DNA of 64,000 bases from Eukaryota sp. TZLM1-RC (taxonomy: Eukaryota > Protista > Metamonada: BaSk clade), in contig JAUPSS010000003.1 of assembly GCA_040285825.1 (NCBI GenBank), positions 1,674,001 to 1,738,000 of the forward strand. Reading direction: 5' to 3'. Every line of letters begins with the position of its first letter. The first letter of the stretch is position 1. A model generated the notes under the pieces. The model saw nothing but the letters and a program-made list of their open reading frames with translations, was not told the origin of the DNA and made no database searches. Positions 41,567 through 53,976 of this stretch are shown piece by piece. The position numbers and the translations under genes are program-made.

Positions 41567-43105
41567 CTAACTATTCCCCAATAATTCTTTTCTTTTTTTC
41601 ATAATCTTGTTCAACACATCCTTATCAAAAGCCTCTGAAACTCTGATTCCGTTTCTATTTTCAATTAATTTACTCAAAGGCAGCACATTCGAAACAGAAT
41701 CTTCAGCTATTAACAAATAAAAAATTGCTTCTTGTGGCTTCTCTTGAAGATTACAACATTGTCCAAGTAATAACAAACTCTCGCTTAAAAGCTGACAGAG
41801 TGACACGTCATCAAACCTAGAGTCAAGTAAATTCTCGCAAATATTGACCGAGTGACGTAGTAATGCTTCTGCTTTAGGAAAGTTGTTTTTTCCAATAAGA
41901 ATTTCTCCTAAATATCGAGTGGTCCTGGCTATTTCTTCACTATTTGGATCAACATTTGGTTTGTAAAGATTCCATAATTCAAGACAATGTGCTTCTGCAT
42001 CATCATAGTTGGAATTACTAATAAAAGTTTTTATAGATTCTACCAAATTTTCAGCAGAAACTTGCCAAGGTTCTTGGACAACATCTTGTAAAAATGATGT
42101 TGATTCATCAATCAAATGTCCATTGAATTCCAGAGAAAAATCAAAATCAACAAATTCATCTCCTATTTGACCTGATGATGTAAACAGTAGATGACCGTCA
42201 ACTGATAAATTTGATTGGTAATCACAGTCACCTCTTGATTGAATCAGTTCAATTGAAGGAGGGTTTCGTTGTAGTGAAAAACGAGTACTAATGATTTCCA
42301 CATGGGCAATCCCAGAACTATCACCACCTTCCAAAAGCGGAAAACTAACAACAATCGACACATCTTGACAGACAGACATCACGTTTGTTGCGGTTAACTT
42401 CCACCCACAACCATACCTACTCAACTTACTCTCAACAAGACCGCTCCAGCCGTCAAAGTCGTACTCCAAGTCCCCTGAAAAGAACATAAACTCTCCATGC
42501 ATCCACTTAATGTTCATGGCGAAGGAAGAAAAGAAAAGTGTAGAGGAAAAGTGTAGAGAGGGAATGGTGAAGGATGTGAGCTTGGTAAAGACGTCATAGG
42601 TGAGATCAGTGGTGTGGGAAGAGGAAAAAGAGTCACCATTGGGAGATACAAGTGTGAAGTTAAGAGTTGAGTTTCCCTTGAGAAGTAAATTGTCTATTGT
42701 ACAAAACCATTCAGCAGAGGGGTTAGAGGTGGGGGCAAAAGAGAAGTGGGCCTGGAGGCGTTCAGCATCACGGGTAACATCTCCAAAGACTGTGAAAGAG
42801 GAGTTAGTGGATGAAGAAAGAGATGAAGAAAAGGAAACCTTACATGTTCCTTCCTCTAGAATGTTAATTGATGAGGTTGAAAGTGATGATTTAAGAGGTG
42901 GTGGCGCACAAGTGGGTGAGTTATGGGAAATCGAGGATCGTGAAGCGGATTGGCGGGAGACAGCTCTTAAATTGGCATGTTGAACTCTATTACTGACCGA
43001 ATCTTCCCGCCTACGAAGATTTGGTGGGAGCATTGGCTGAGAGGGAGATGTATCATCAGCTAGAGTGGTGGCATCGGTATCAACTTTGGAGCATGTTGTA
43101 CCCAT
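41567..43105 (-). CDS. Unknown protein with predicted N-acylation (MGTTCSK) and C-terminal TPR-like helices
   Basis: 512-aa ORF; G2/C5; YLGEIL..KAEALLRHSV and LLGQCC..EAIFYL TPR-like repeats. Confidence 0.7.
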   Translation of the reverse strand: MGTTCSKVDTDATTLADDTSPSQPMLPPNLRRREDSVSNRVQHANLRAVSRQSASRSSISHNSPTCAPPPLKSSLSTSSINILEEGTCKVSFSSSLSSSTNSSFTVFGDVTRDAERLQAHFSFAPTSNPSAEWFCTIDNLLLKGNSTLNFTLVSPNGDSFSSSHTTDLTYDVFTKLTSFTIPSLHFSSTLFFSSFAMNIKWMHGEFMFFSGDLEYDFDGWSGLVESKLSRYGCGWKLTATNVMSVCQDVSIVVSFPLLEGGDSSGIAHVEIISTRFSLQRNPPSIELIQSRGDCDYQSNLSVDGHLLFTSSGQIGDEFVDFDFSLEFNGHLIDESTSFLQDVVQEPWQVSAENLVESIKTFISNSNYDDAEAHCLELWNLYKPNVDPNSEEIARTTRYLGEILIGKNNFPKAEALLRHSVNICENLLDSRFDDVSLCQLLSESLLLLGQCCNLQEKPQEAIFYLLIAEDSVSNVLPLSKLIENRNGIRVSEAFDKDVLNKIMKKRKELLGNS

Positions 43106-43149
43106 ATCTTCATTGTACTATTTTTAGCAACGGATACAAAATTTTTGAA

Positions 43150-43270
43150 TAAACTGCTCTGTGAATTTCATCGGAAATGCATACATCATGTAGCATTCCT
43201 CCATTCCCTTATACGGTTTCCTTTTCAGGATCACAGCGCCCGAAGGCAATACATGGATACAAACAACTAT
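43150..43270 (-). ncRNA. Candidate Fanzor omega-RNA scaffold
   Basis: GCC-UUCG-GGC and UCCU-GAAA-AGGA tetraloop hairpins, CUGUGA/UCACAG closing stem and GGAAUGC..GCAUUUCC hairpin directly after the Fanzor stop. Confidence 0.6.
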
Positions 43271-45256
43271 CACTCTCTCACCTCCCTTCTAAATGTCTCT
43301 GGTCTGATCCCAGTAAAATGTTCAGAAATCGCAATCTCTAGCTGATTTCTTGAAGCGGAAATGTCTCTAGACCAGCGTTCATCACATCTGGGACATTCAA
43401 AGTAAGCATTATTGATTCTTCGAGTGCCTTCATGATACACCTTCCTGTGATGTACCTTGCAACAATTGGTTTTGGCAGATGTCATGTATTCATCTCCAAC
43501 CTTCACATTGGCAAAGTATTTCTTTACTTCTGTCAGAAACTTCTTAGTTGGGGCTTTGGTGGATTGTCGAGAAGGTCCATTACCACCATTACCAAATAAT
43601 AGTTTCCCTGTTATTAGCTAGTCTCTTAATTTTGTTAATACAATGAATGAACCTTTTTTGTCTTCTTATCACAAAATCAAACTTATTTCGTCTCAAAATT
43701 CTCTCTGTACTATTGGTCAAAGTTTGGGAAACCAAAGAAATTGTTTCCTGCTCATCATTCCTTATCAGTGAAGCTATTTCAATGAGATACCTGTTGAAGC
43801 TCTCAACGGAAGAAGTGTTCACAGAGGATTGAGTGAGTGGCTGGGGAAAATCAATTACTTTTGCTTTCGGATTCAGTAGAATTCCAGATTGTTCAACAAT
43901 TACCCTATTCTCTTGTGAACAATGTCCAGTTGTCCAACCACATAAATTTGAATGGTTTGCATCAACCGCCACGAAAAAAAGGTCTTCTCTGATGGGAAGA
44001 TACTGCGAGCAATCTTGAGACCGTCTAGCAATTTTCCTCGGTCGGTTAGCTCGCCCATTTATTCTCTTATTTCGTTTTCTAGTGGACTCTCTGAAATAAG
44101 GACGACTTTGACCCAATGCTTGAATTTCAGAATTTTTTCGCCTGGTGCACGTCTTTTTGGGTTTCTTTGAAAAAGTGAAGCGCAATGAGAGTCCATTGCT
44201 AGAAACTGAGAAAGTTTTAAATTTTTTCTTGTTAAAAAACTTAAAAGGGTTCCGTAATAATTGTTGGTTAGGATTCAATTTTTTGAAATATTCCAGAGCT
44301 TGTTGATTAAAAGGAACAAACCCTGGAACTTTGGTGGCAATTGGGGATAAGGCATGTCTTCGAAATACATTTGGGGATGTACTTTCTAGACGATGTAATA
44401 TTGACAATCCCCAATGGCTTATCAACCAACAATTATAAACAGTGACATCCGATTCATCACGCCTCAGGGCACGCGTATACAAATCATTAGATGTTACTGT
44501 TTGGTTCCAAATTTCGGAAATATGAAAATGATATTCATCATACCACTGTCTTAAATTTTCAGAAATTGTGGAACCGGAAACCACACAACTGGCATACTTT
44601 GATGGAGCAGGACACTCCATCTGCTTACCCATAGACCTGAAGAAATTCAGTTTCCAGGTCACAGGGCCATCGGTCAGCAGCTGTCTGTGAGCTGATTCGA
44701 GTTGAACAGCTCTATTGCTAAAAAGACCAGCCTGACAAAAGGGTGGATGTTCTTGGCCCTCTACTAACGGAGGCCACGGCCAGGTAGCACTTGATGTCAT
44801 ATGCGTAAGAGCCTCATAGACATCAGGGTTAGTGCTCTTGAAAGGCTCCCTAATTTTAGGTCGACTGTGGGTGACGCAGTCGAAGCACTGCGACCAGAAT
44901 TGACGGTGAGCGAGCCAGCAGGACAGATGCGGATATTCTAATAGAAGCTTTCTTGCCAATAAGGTGGCATAGAAAGCAACATCTCGTACGTGAATAAGCT
45001 GTGCCTCAATAGCTTGAGCAGCACGAGAGGCAAAGAATCTTGGGAGGCTTACAGGCACAGTCGTGGTTGTGGCAGACGGGAGAAGGTCTGGTGGCGGGCG
45101 AACTGGAACTGGGAGTGGCCTTTCGCCCTCATTTAAGCCAGCACTTGGGTGGTGCGCTGCTTCTGGAATCCAACCATTATCATCTGGTGATGACACTTGT
45201 CTCTGAGGACAAGTACGTCGGTTGTGGGTGGCCGCCCGTCAGACGGAACACGGCAT
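43270..45256 (-). pseudogene. Near-intact divergent Fanzor (TnpB-like RNA-guided nuclease, ~660 aa) with N-terminal CCHC knuckle; one nonsense codon and one frameshift
   Basis: ATG 45256 reads MPCSV*RAATHNRRTC. Then SSNGLSL (TDG-like), RuvC-I FVAVDAN, a +1 shift near 43592 to FGNGG..APTKKFL, RuvC-II GDEYMTS, CC..CPRC, RuvC-III WSRDISASRN and a GIRP tail. Confidence 0.85.
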
Positions 45257-46899
45257 AGTGTCAGACAATCAGAAATGATTGATTGTTCAGTTTGGGTTAT
45301 TTTCAAAATTTGGTGTCAATGTCGACAACTTTTCTTCTATTTGCTATATTGCAATAAAGATTGTTTAAACAGTTTATTAAAGGTACATCTATCGAGACAT
45401 CAGGTTTCTGTTGTGTTTCTCTCTTGAAAGCAGCATGTTGTGTCACTGATGTTGGTAATTGGGTTTCAAATGGTTTGTCATCAGTTTCATCATCCAAAAT
45501 TCATCTTTATCATACTTTTTCTTTGTTTTTCATCTCAACATTCAAAGGTCCGTACTTCACACAACTGGGACTTTTCAAGACGAATCTGCTTATTCAATGA
45601 CCTACAACCATGATCATACCTCTATTCAACTTCTATTTCATCCATCCTCAACACCAATCAATCAATCTACTTGGGTTACAAATAAGGTAGACTCATTGCT
45701 CTAGACAATCATGCCCTCCAAAAATCACTTGAAATCCCAGTGATACCACAGGATCAATTCCTGTGTTACATCAATTTGTATACAAGACAACTTACTTGGT
45801 ACCCACTCTACTTTTGATCGACACATCAATCCCCACAACTTTTCCATCAATTTCCTTCCCTTTCTCTCGTCTACAGCATCACTCACTCCCTCAATCAGTA
45901 GACTTTTTCTTCACAACTGCTTCTGATGTTGTTAAGATAGCCTTAAAATCCCCCAATAACATTATCAACCGACTCTCATCACACGATTAAGTCAAAAAGC
46001 GGTTACTTAATGACCCTTACTTTTGAGCGATTGGTATCTCTGTTGTATACGAAACCATTGAGTTTTGGTAAAGCTGTTTCTTTAGATGTTGACTCCTAGA
46101 ACAATCCTTACTAGAAAACCAAACTACTCAACCTCATCGCCCCTCACATGCTGATCCGTCTCTCCAACACTTTGTTAACTCCTACATAAAACATGTCATC
46201 TCTGTTTGTTTGTTTGCTGAATAACTGGGGTCGCACATATATAGAACTCCATAATATACCCTGATCATTATGCAGATTATATTTAACAAGCTCTTTTTTC
46301 AACTTTTGAATAATATTTTTTTAAATATAAATAGAGATTTAATTTAATTTAGCTAATTATTCTGCGAGGACAACTTTTTCCATAATTATTTATGGTAATG
46401 ATTTCATAATGATTTCAATCAATATGCTGAAAAATTATTGGTGAAAGAATATTGCAAGTGAAGCTACTGTGAATTTCACATATCATGCATTCCCCTGTGA
46501 AATTCACTCCTGTTTTCAACTTTCTCAGTGTCTACTCACAGGGTGTAAGAGACATGTAGCGTCATTTGACAAAGACAATCATGATCTTCGTCAATGGGCT
46601 TCATAAATACACCTAATGCTTTCACAGAACAAAACCTCGCTACTTGATGTATCTAGGTGGATCTACCAAATGCTACTAAGGCATTTGTAGATCGGTCTCA
46701 AAAGTTTTTCCAAAGTTTTTGTTTCTGTATGCTCACGTTCCCTATTCATCTCCTCAACAGAGCTTCTGGGCAAATGTATCTTTCCGGCCACAATTCGGCT
46801 TTTTTCTTAATTTGAATATTATTGGCACGTTATTATGCTAAGAAGCTTCTGAACTGTGTTTTCTAGGTTTTCTGTGTTTTATGTCTACACCATTAAGTA

Positions 46900-47150
46900 A
46901 AAGTTGAAAACTAAGGCCCATAGATGTCGATACCAAAGGATGGCTTTAAGCAGTATAATTAATCGAATGAGTAAAAGAACAATTAGATTATTAGGTATTT
47001 TGGGAAAAATTGAAGAGCAATTTTTAGCTATTCAAGAACTAAAAATTGACAAGCATTTAGCGTTTTCGGTTTTGAATGTGTGTTTTGGATCAAAAATAAA
47101 TCACCTTCTTCGTTCTTTATCTCCTACAATTTCACATGATCAGTAGGTTC
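46900..47150 (+). mobile_element. Non-LTR RT C-terminal fragment
   Basis: IRLLG..AFSVLNVCFGSKINHLLRS, as in CRE-type elements. Confidence 0.65.
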
Positions 47151-47902
47151 AATTTTGTTCTGACTTTTCTTAAATACAAAATGTCGACCAATGGAATTAA
47201 GAACAGTATTATTCCAATATATTGCTTGTATGACGTCTTCCTTAATTCATTGTAAGGAAGTATTAAATAAGTAAAAGAGTGAGGCAAACTGAACTAACTG
47301 AATGAACACCAATTAATTGCAGATTCTAATGATGTTGTTATTGGCTTTGAGGATTGGAAAGAAAAAGAAACGAAAAACCAACACCATCCGAGGTGATGCA
47401 CTGAGAGGAATTCTCAGAAAAGTTGGTATTAAAGTGTAGTTGGTAGTTTAGTATTATACCAGTAAAAGATGTGCTGCTTGTGTCCAAAACAATAGAGAGG
47501 GGAAAGCTAAATGTGATGTTGATATAAAAGACCCCAATGCATATAATAGATTCAAACAAAAAAGAAGAGATTGAAAATTGATTTAATGTTGGCCAAAAAG
47601 CAGGATCACGGTGCTGATTTTATTCAAATTCTTGAAAAAAAATCATGTACCAGAAATTTGGAATCTAAGAAAGATGATAATAACTAAGTAATACCATGGA
47701 CTGCATACTGTCCAGATAGTGAACGTGGCGTCTATGTTTAACAATGCTCAGAACATGCTCAGAATTACCCACTCTCATATTCATAATAAACACAATCCAA
47801 AGGTGATGCAAAGGTTTGTGAGTGTGGAAAAGAAAGCTAAGAGCAGTATTATATTAATAAGCATGGATAGAAAGCATTCTTTGAGTTATCACACAACACA
47901 GT

Positions 47903-48391
47903 TCATGAGATGAGATCCTCAAGCCATGTCTCGATATCAGACTCATCCTCCTCCGTTAAGAGAATCTCTGGTTCGCCTTTAGAGGAAGGAACTTCTGGAG
48001 GTTCTACAGTTTCATCGAATTGAAATGGTGTAGATGATGTTGCTCTAATTAACTCAAGTTCCTGGACAGGAAGCTCGATTACATCTAATACTGAAGTGGT
48101 GGACAATGGCCCAATAACATCTTTGGCTACTGGCATTGTGATGTCCACTAAATTTCGAAGGTCACCAGGCAGTTCTGTAGGTGTTTGAAGGGATGTACAG
48201 GATTCAGACAGAAGTTGCTCCCACGATGAGGCTTTAGGACCCACCACAGAAGAATCTGCTGGAGGAAATACTGGGGACAACTGTGATGGTACCGCATGTA
48301 CCTTTGTTGTCACTGGTTTACTGGTACTTTTGGTTTGTTGCTTGGACTTATGTATGCGTGAGCGGCGTAGTTTATGCTTATCAACAAGCAT
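47903..48391 (-). CDS. Hypothetical protein (162 aa; basic N-terminus, acidic C-terminus DIETWLEDLIS)
   Basis: ATG at 48391 preceded by TCATTTCA; coding-like composition. Confidence 0.6.
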   Translation of the reverse strand: MLVDKHKLRRSRIHKSKQQTKSTSKPVTTKVHAVPSQLSPVFPPADSSVVGPKASSWEQLLSESCTSLQTPTELPGDLRNLVDITMPVAKDVIGPLSTTSVLDVIELPVQELELIRATSSTPFQFDETVEPPEVPSSKGEPEILLTEEDESDIETWLEDLIS

Positions 48392-48547
48392 TATGAATCG
48401 TCGTTGAAATTGTCGGTGAATGTAGGTGAAATGAATGAAAAAGAGAAAACCTCCTGGAACCAAGTTGAAGGTTAAAAACCTGCCAGAATAGGCAATCAGA
48501 AGTCGAGAATGGGGTGACAAGTGCAAAATTTGATAAATAAGCTCATT

Positions 48548-50103
48548 ATGTTCGACGCACCTTTGGGACCAAAGATGGTTCAGAATTATATGGATTCGCT
48601 GCTGAGTGAAACCATCCAGGAGCAAGCTTGCATTGAGCCCTACTGGGAGCTCATTGCCAGCCCTCCTGAGATTCCAGCTTCACAGGTGAGTTCTTGTTCA
48701 ATTAAATGTAACAAGGGAACTTTTTCTCATGAAGACTCTCCTTACCATTTGGTTGAAAATAGACTACTTGGTCAGATTGACTCTTCCTCTTTTTTGGTTG
48801 AGAAGGTTCAATGTGTCCAAGTAGTCCATCATGAAGTTTTTATAACTTGTTTTTTAATGAATTGTTCAACATTATTGATTAATAAACATTTTATAAATCC
48901 TTCAAGAAAACACATTACCTATGAATTTGCTGGTCGTGTCTGGTGCACGAACCTGGAAGCTGTATGTGTTTCATACATCTTTGTTTTCACCCACAGTCTC
49001 TTTATAGAATGAAGCAATTCATTTTGTGTTTGTTTTGGAGAGATTGTTGACCAATCTGATAAAATATCTTATGATTTTTTTATTAAAAATTCTATCAATT
49101 TAATTCCTTTTTATAATAGCAATATATATTTTAAAAAAAATTAATTTATTAGGTTGAGGGCAAGAAAGTGATGACGTTAAAGACAGTTGGTTAGATGATG
49201 AACAAATGACTGATTCGATCAACAACTTTATCAATCTGTCATCAACTTCACTGGCACATTACAGAAAACTTGTTTGGCCCATCGCATCAGCCCTATTGTT
49301 TTTTAGAGGATTTGTTCAAGAGGATTTTTGCTCACATTTGATCAATTCTGGCGACGAAGAAAATACATTGATTCTTCTACCCTATAATGATGCATTTCAT
49401 CAATCAAATTTGGTTGCATCTGTTGACGAACAATTTACTATTGGACAACACTGGGTACTTGATGAATTCTGGATCAAACCCAGAACAGTACAAGCTTTTC
49501 TTTTTGATACTCTTCGTCATAATGGAGAACAACATCAAAAAATTAATTCAATAATTTTTGAAAAACTTGAAATCAATATTAGTCAGATCATATCTGAATT
49601 TTTCAATCTAATTTGTATGATTGTGGAAACCATATTGTTTGCAAAAAGAATGATCAATTTGTTTTTGTCAAATCAGCTCAATTCAATTGATTCAGTTCAT
49701 ATTAACGATTTTGTCAATCAAGACAAAAGATGTTTTTATAGCTGGGTTGACAATGAACGAAAATCATTTGAGACAAAGAAATGTTTTCTCTGTACAAGAA
49801 ACCATCAGAAAAAGGTGAGCTGATGTATTGAACAGACCTTCGAAAGGTGTAAAAACATTTTTCAATGAGAATCCACTGACTCAATACAAATACCCTTTAG
49901 TGACACTATCAAATGTCAAAACACAATTTATTCTCAAAATATTACGTTTTGATATGGAAACTTTGGTGTTGGGTAAAAAGCTCAGTGATAAGGATAAAAA
50001 AATTGTCATTGCTGCAAGAGAACATTCCATCTCTTACTGTCACTCTACAAGATTGTTCCAAATTCTGTTTTTCATATTTTTACTCGAGAACAGATTGAAT
50101 TAA
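48548..50103 (+). pseudogene. Unknown gene or degraded gene; possible 35-nt intron 48962-48996
   Basis: Three consecutive coding-like ORFs. GTATGT...TTCACCCACAG looks like an intron, but the spliced frame stops soon after. Confidence 0.35.
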
Positions 50104-50149
50104 ATCTTTGTTTTTGTGACATTGTAGAAAAATCAACAAGCAGAAATGA

Positions 50150-50670
50150 ACATTATTGCAAAGTTGATGATGAAAATATCACTTTATATCATCATTCCTC
50201 TGAAAAAGAATTGCTAAGTTCATTTAAAAAATTATTAGAAACTGATAATCCTCATATAATATGTGGTTTTAATATTCTCAAATTTGACATTTCACACATT
50301 ATGAAACGTTCTGAAAATGAGGACTATTTAAGGGTGAAATCGGTGCTAGTAAATGGGTTCAATACTATAACTCAAATTTAATAGAATTGAATAACAAACA
50401 CTTAAACTCCTTAATTACTGGTCGATTTGTTGTTGATACTTGTAGTATTTACACAAATTATGATCAACCACACAAACTAAACACAGTATCTAAAATTTTA
50501 TTAGGGTAAAATAATATTGACCTTGATCCTCAGTATATCACAAAGTATTGGAAAGTTCAAGAAGATAATCCCTTCTCAGATTTTTTCTTATCCCAAAGAA
50601 GAACTGTAGTTGCAGTTTGTTGTCTGAGCGACACAGATTTAACCATGAGATTATTTAATTTATTTAACAA
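50150..50670 (+). pseudogene. Family-B DNA polymerase 3'-5' exonuclease fragment (not in the ORF track)
   Basis: Manual translation: SEKELLSSF..DNPHIICGFNILKFDISHIMKR (ExoII), ITGRFVVD, KLNTVSKILLG*, AVCCLSDTDLTMRLF (ExoIII). Confidence 0.75.
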
Positions 50671-50679
50671 TGGCCCATT

Positions 50680-52680
50680 CATGGAAACTGTTAAACATAA
50701 ACCTTATGATGGTTATAAGGACAGTCTAAAAAATGTCATCAGAGATCCGAAAATGATTGAAGTGATCGATGAGACATTATTTAGGTGTCAGGAGATTTTT
50801 ATTGTTGGTTTAGAATTCATTTGTGGTTATTATTTGCATCTTTTTGACTTGAACCCAAATGATATTTTACCAAGAATTGAAACCCAATTATTTCAAGAAA
50901 CTTTTCTTGTGGTCACGTTTCAAAGTGAGGAGGAAAGTTCCCTAAACGCAAAGACAAAAACAGCTTTGCAAAATCCTCGTTGTCTGCCATTGTTGGAAGT
51001 CTATCACCAATATTTTAAAGAAAAACTAGGTCCAAAAGCTTTATCAAATACAGAAATTCATCAACAAAATTAAATTTCTCCTTCTGGAAGGATGTAGAGA
51101 TATTGATCGTGAAACATCTGCAATGAGAAATAAAGTCTCATCAATTACTTCGCTTTTCATTAATGGCCTTATCCCTTTTTTACTTCCCAATAATTCCAAA
51201 AGGGAAAAGTATTCAAAATTTGATTTTACGTCAAAATCAAATTACTATTTGAGAGCAATGTTTTATATTAATATTTTTTTAGAAGATGAGGAGAACAGAC
51301 TCTTTCTTGCTCTGCCTTTGAAGAATTCTTGTATTCCCTCCTATATCAGAATTGACAAGACAAGTTTATTGGACTTGTTCTGTGTTTAATTCAAAGACAT
51401 TCTTGGTCAAAGGTTGTCTTATCAATGCAATAATCAAGGTGCTGCTTTGATTTTATGGGAAACCTTTTTCAAAATGCATGGGATTAAAAACACTAAACTT
51501 TATTCAGAAAATTCCAAGTACATCATGTCTAGTATCGAGACTGATGGAATAGCAGTCAGTTTCATTCAATCTAGAATTGACTTGAAGAAGTACAAAGTAA
51601 CTGCAAAAGAATTGAAAGATAAAGAAAAATATATTGATGACCCCAGCATCAATCCTTCTGAATTTCAAGATATGACCCTTGAAGATTTGAGTCGAAAAGT
51701 TCCAAATTTAAAAGAAAAAGAGACAGCATACGGAATGACACTCTTATCACAATAAGTAAGTCTACTGGAAGAGTGATTGATCTATTTAATTAAGAACCAT
51801 CTGAAGAGCAACAACAAAGGATTTAAACAGCAGTATAATTAATCAAATGACTGAAAGAACAATTAGTTTATTAAGAGGTGAAGTACCTCAAGAAATCAAT
51901 ATTCCCCACGAAATTAATCACTCATTAAATTTGAGTAACAATGATCACACGACTAAATCTGTAGCAGAATGGGAAGCAACATTATCAAAATTCAATTCTA
52001 AAAGCTGCAGGTTTGATAGATTTATGGCATATATTAAACAAAAGAATTATGTGAATAGTATTGTTGGTGAAGTTTATCACCAAAAAATATTTAGGAAACT
52101 ACGATGGTGGGCTGAGATCAATCACACAAGATCTGAGGCAAAGATGATCCAGAGATTCAAATCAGTAATTGGTGATCACAGCCAAGTAGTTATTGGAATT
52201 GGAGACTGAGAACAACGAAAACACATGAAATTCAAAGAACCTACCATAGCAAAGGGGTTGAGAATTCTATTTGAAAAGGCTGGTTATAAGGTCTTTTTAA
52301 TTGATGAGTTTCGAACCAGTTGTGGTTGTTTCAACTGTAAGAAAGCGGAGAAAACAGTTGAAGGATTCCAATGGTGCAGAAATCCTAGGCCACGGAAGAC
52401 GCATGAGATGTCTATTCGTCACAGGCTTACCATGTGTAAATCATGCGAAAGTTTGTGGAATAGAGATCGAAAGGCTTCACTGAATATGTTGGAAGTGATG
52501 GAAGCACATGTAAATGGTGGAGAAAGACCGGAATACCTGCAGAGAGTTAAGGTTGACAAAGGTTCAAAGAAAATGGTATCAAGGAGAAAATCTTCCACCT
52601 CTCAAAAACTCAATCCCTCACTATTGGTGTGAAAAGGACACTTATTTTTTGTTATAGACAATATCTGTTTCAATGAATCA
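50680..52680 (+). pseudogene. Fanzor1, full-length but fragmented; RuvC-I apparently deleted
   Basis: KDSLKNVIRD..FICGYYL, LPLKNSCIPSYIRID, IETDGIAVS, FRKLRW, IGIGD*, KEPT..LIDEFRTS..CFNC, CKSC..WNRDRKASLN, GERPEYL. Confidence 0.9.
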
Positions 52681-52953
52681 AACAAAAAACTACCTCCCAA
52701 ACTGCAACATTCAATTCTTTCTACATCAAAAAATGACTTTTAACCTCGACTGTTTAATAGTGGTCAAAAACAGAAAAACTGAAACCAAACTAAAATAAAA
52801 AAAAAGCAAAAGTCAAAATCACCAAGATGACCAAAGTAAAAAAATCAAAAGTTGACACAAAAGTTTATTGATAACTAGACAGTTTTTATTTATGAAAAAT
52901 GACTATTATCACACACCAAAAACAATAAAATTTACACTTGATATACACAACAA

Positions 52954-53976
52954 TCATTTAAGTTTATCAATCTCAGCACCGCGCAGATGCAGAGATGTCT
53001 TTATATTAGCCATTCCTGAACTCCCTTTGCTCCAATCATTACCATAAGCAATAGCGACTATTTTGCCATCACTACTAAACCCTGCTGCAGTGACAGGAGC
53101 TGCATTATATGTATTGGAAGGAGCTATATCCTTCACTCGTCGTTTATTCTTGCCATGCCAATATGTGAAATGACCATCAGAACCACCAGTTGCGAATGTA
53201 CTTACCTGTGTGGCATTAGTTGTTGGATGGAAGCAAACGACGTTAGTTTGAAAACAATCGTACGTGGACCGATGACATTTGAATGCAAACCCCTTTTCAT
53301 CATTAAAGTATTGCAGGGCTGATTTCCCTTCTACCCCTCCCTCCACAAAGAGAGAAACATCTGGACTAATGGCAACATCACGAATACTGTATTTCAGTGC
53401 AGCAGGCTTCTCTTTTAAGGGGTTATTAGGATTGTTCAAGTCAAAAAGCTTAAACTGTAACCCATCGCAGCCAGCAACCAGAACTTTATCAACAACATCA
53501 ATTGCATAAACTTTTCGTTGTACATTTACTGTTAGAGCAGGGTTGGGAGAACGCAAGTCCCAGTAGAGAAGAGCACCATCATTACCACATGTGACGTACA
53601 AGTTAAACGCAGCAACGCGGCGGACCCTGTTAGCCATGGATGTATGGCTACCGATCTTGGTCGATTGGTTGGTTTGTAAATCCCATAAAGCCACTTCTCC
53701 ATCAGCACTAGTTGTAACGACTTTAGAGCCGTCCTGTGTCCAGGTGGCATTTAATACTGGGTTTTGTTTTTTTGTAGATAACTTAAGATCGGCTTTTAAG
53801 GGTGTGGCGTTTGCTTCATAAGCACGAATTTCGCCGTCCCAGGAAGTGGCAGCAAGAAATGGTCCTGTAGGAGACCAGGAAAGACAAGATATAGTGTCTG
53901 TTGGACAGTTGGACACTTCTACTTTATCAGCCATCGTCGAACCACCAAATCTAGACTGGAAGAGAGGAGAGGTCAT
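52954..53976 (-). CDS. RAE1: mRNA export factor RAE1/Gle2 (WD40)
   Basis: PTDTISCLSWSP, TSWDGEIR, GGVEGK, FAFKCHR, ATGGSDG, AYGNDWSKG. Confidence 0.9.
   Translation of the reverse strand: MTSPLFQSRFGGSTMADKVEVSNCPTDTISCLSWSPTGPFLAATSWDGEIRAYEANATPLKADLKLSTKKQNPVLNATWTQDGSKVVTTSADGEVALWDLQTNQSTKIGSHTSMANRVRRVAAFNLYVTCGNDGALLYWDLRSPNPALTVNVQRKVYAIDVVDKVLVAGCDGLQFKLFDLNNPNNPLKEKPAALKYSIRDVAISPDVSLFVEGGVEGKSALQYFNDEKGFAFKCHRSTYDCFQTNVVCFHPTTNATQVSTFATGGSDGHFTYWHGKNKRRVKDIAPSNTYNAAPVTAAGFSSDGKIVAIAYGNDWSKGSSGMANIKTSLHLRGAEIDKLK

Noticed and set aside
43150-43250. Hammerhead or other self-cleaving ribozyme
   Set aside because: CCGAUGA and GAAA are present but not in hammerhead core order or pairing.
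45239-45241. TGA at a Cys position as selenocysteine or Cys recoding
   Set aside because: TGA terminates ordinary genes here (e.g. TFIIF, RAE1); a point mutation from TGC/TGT is simpler.
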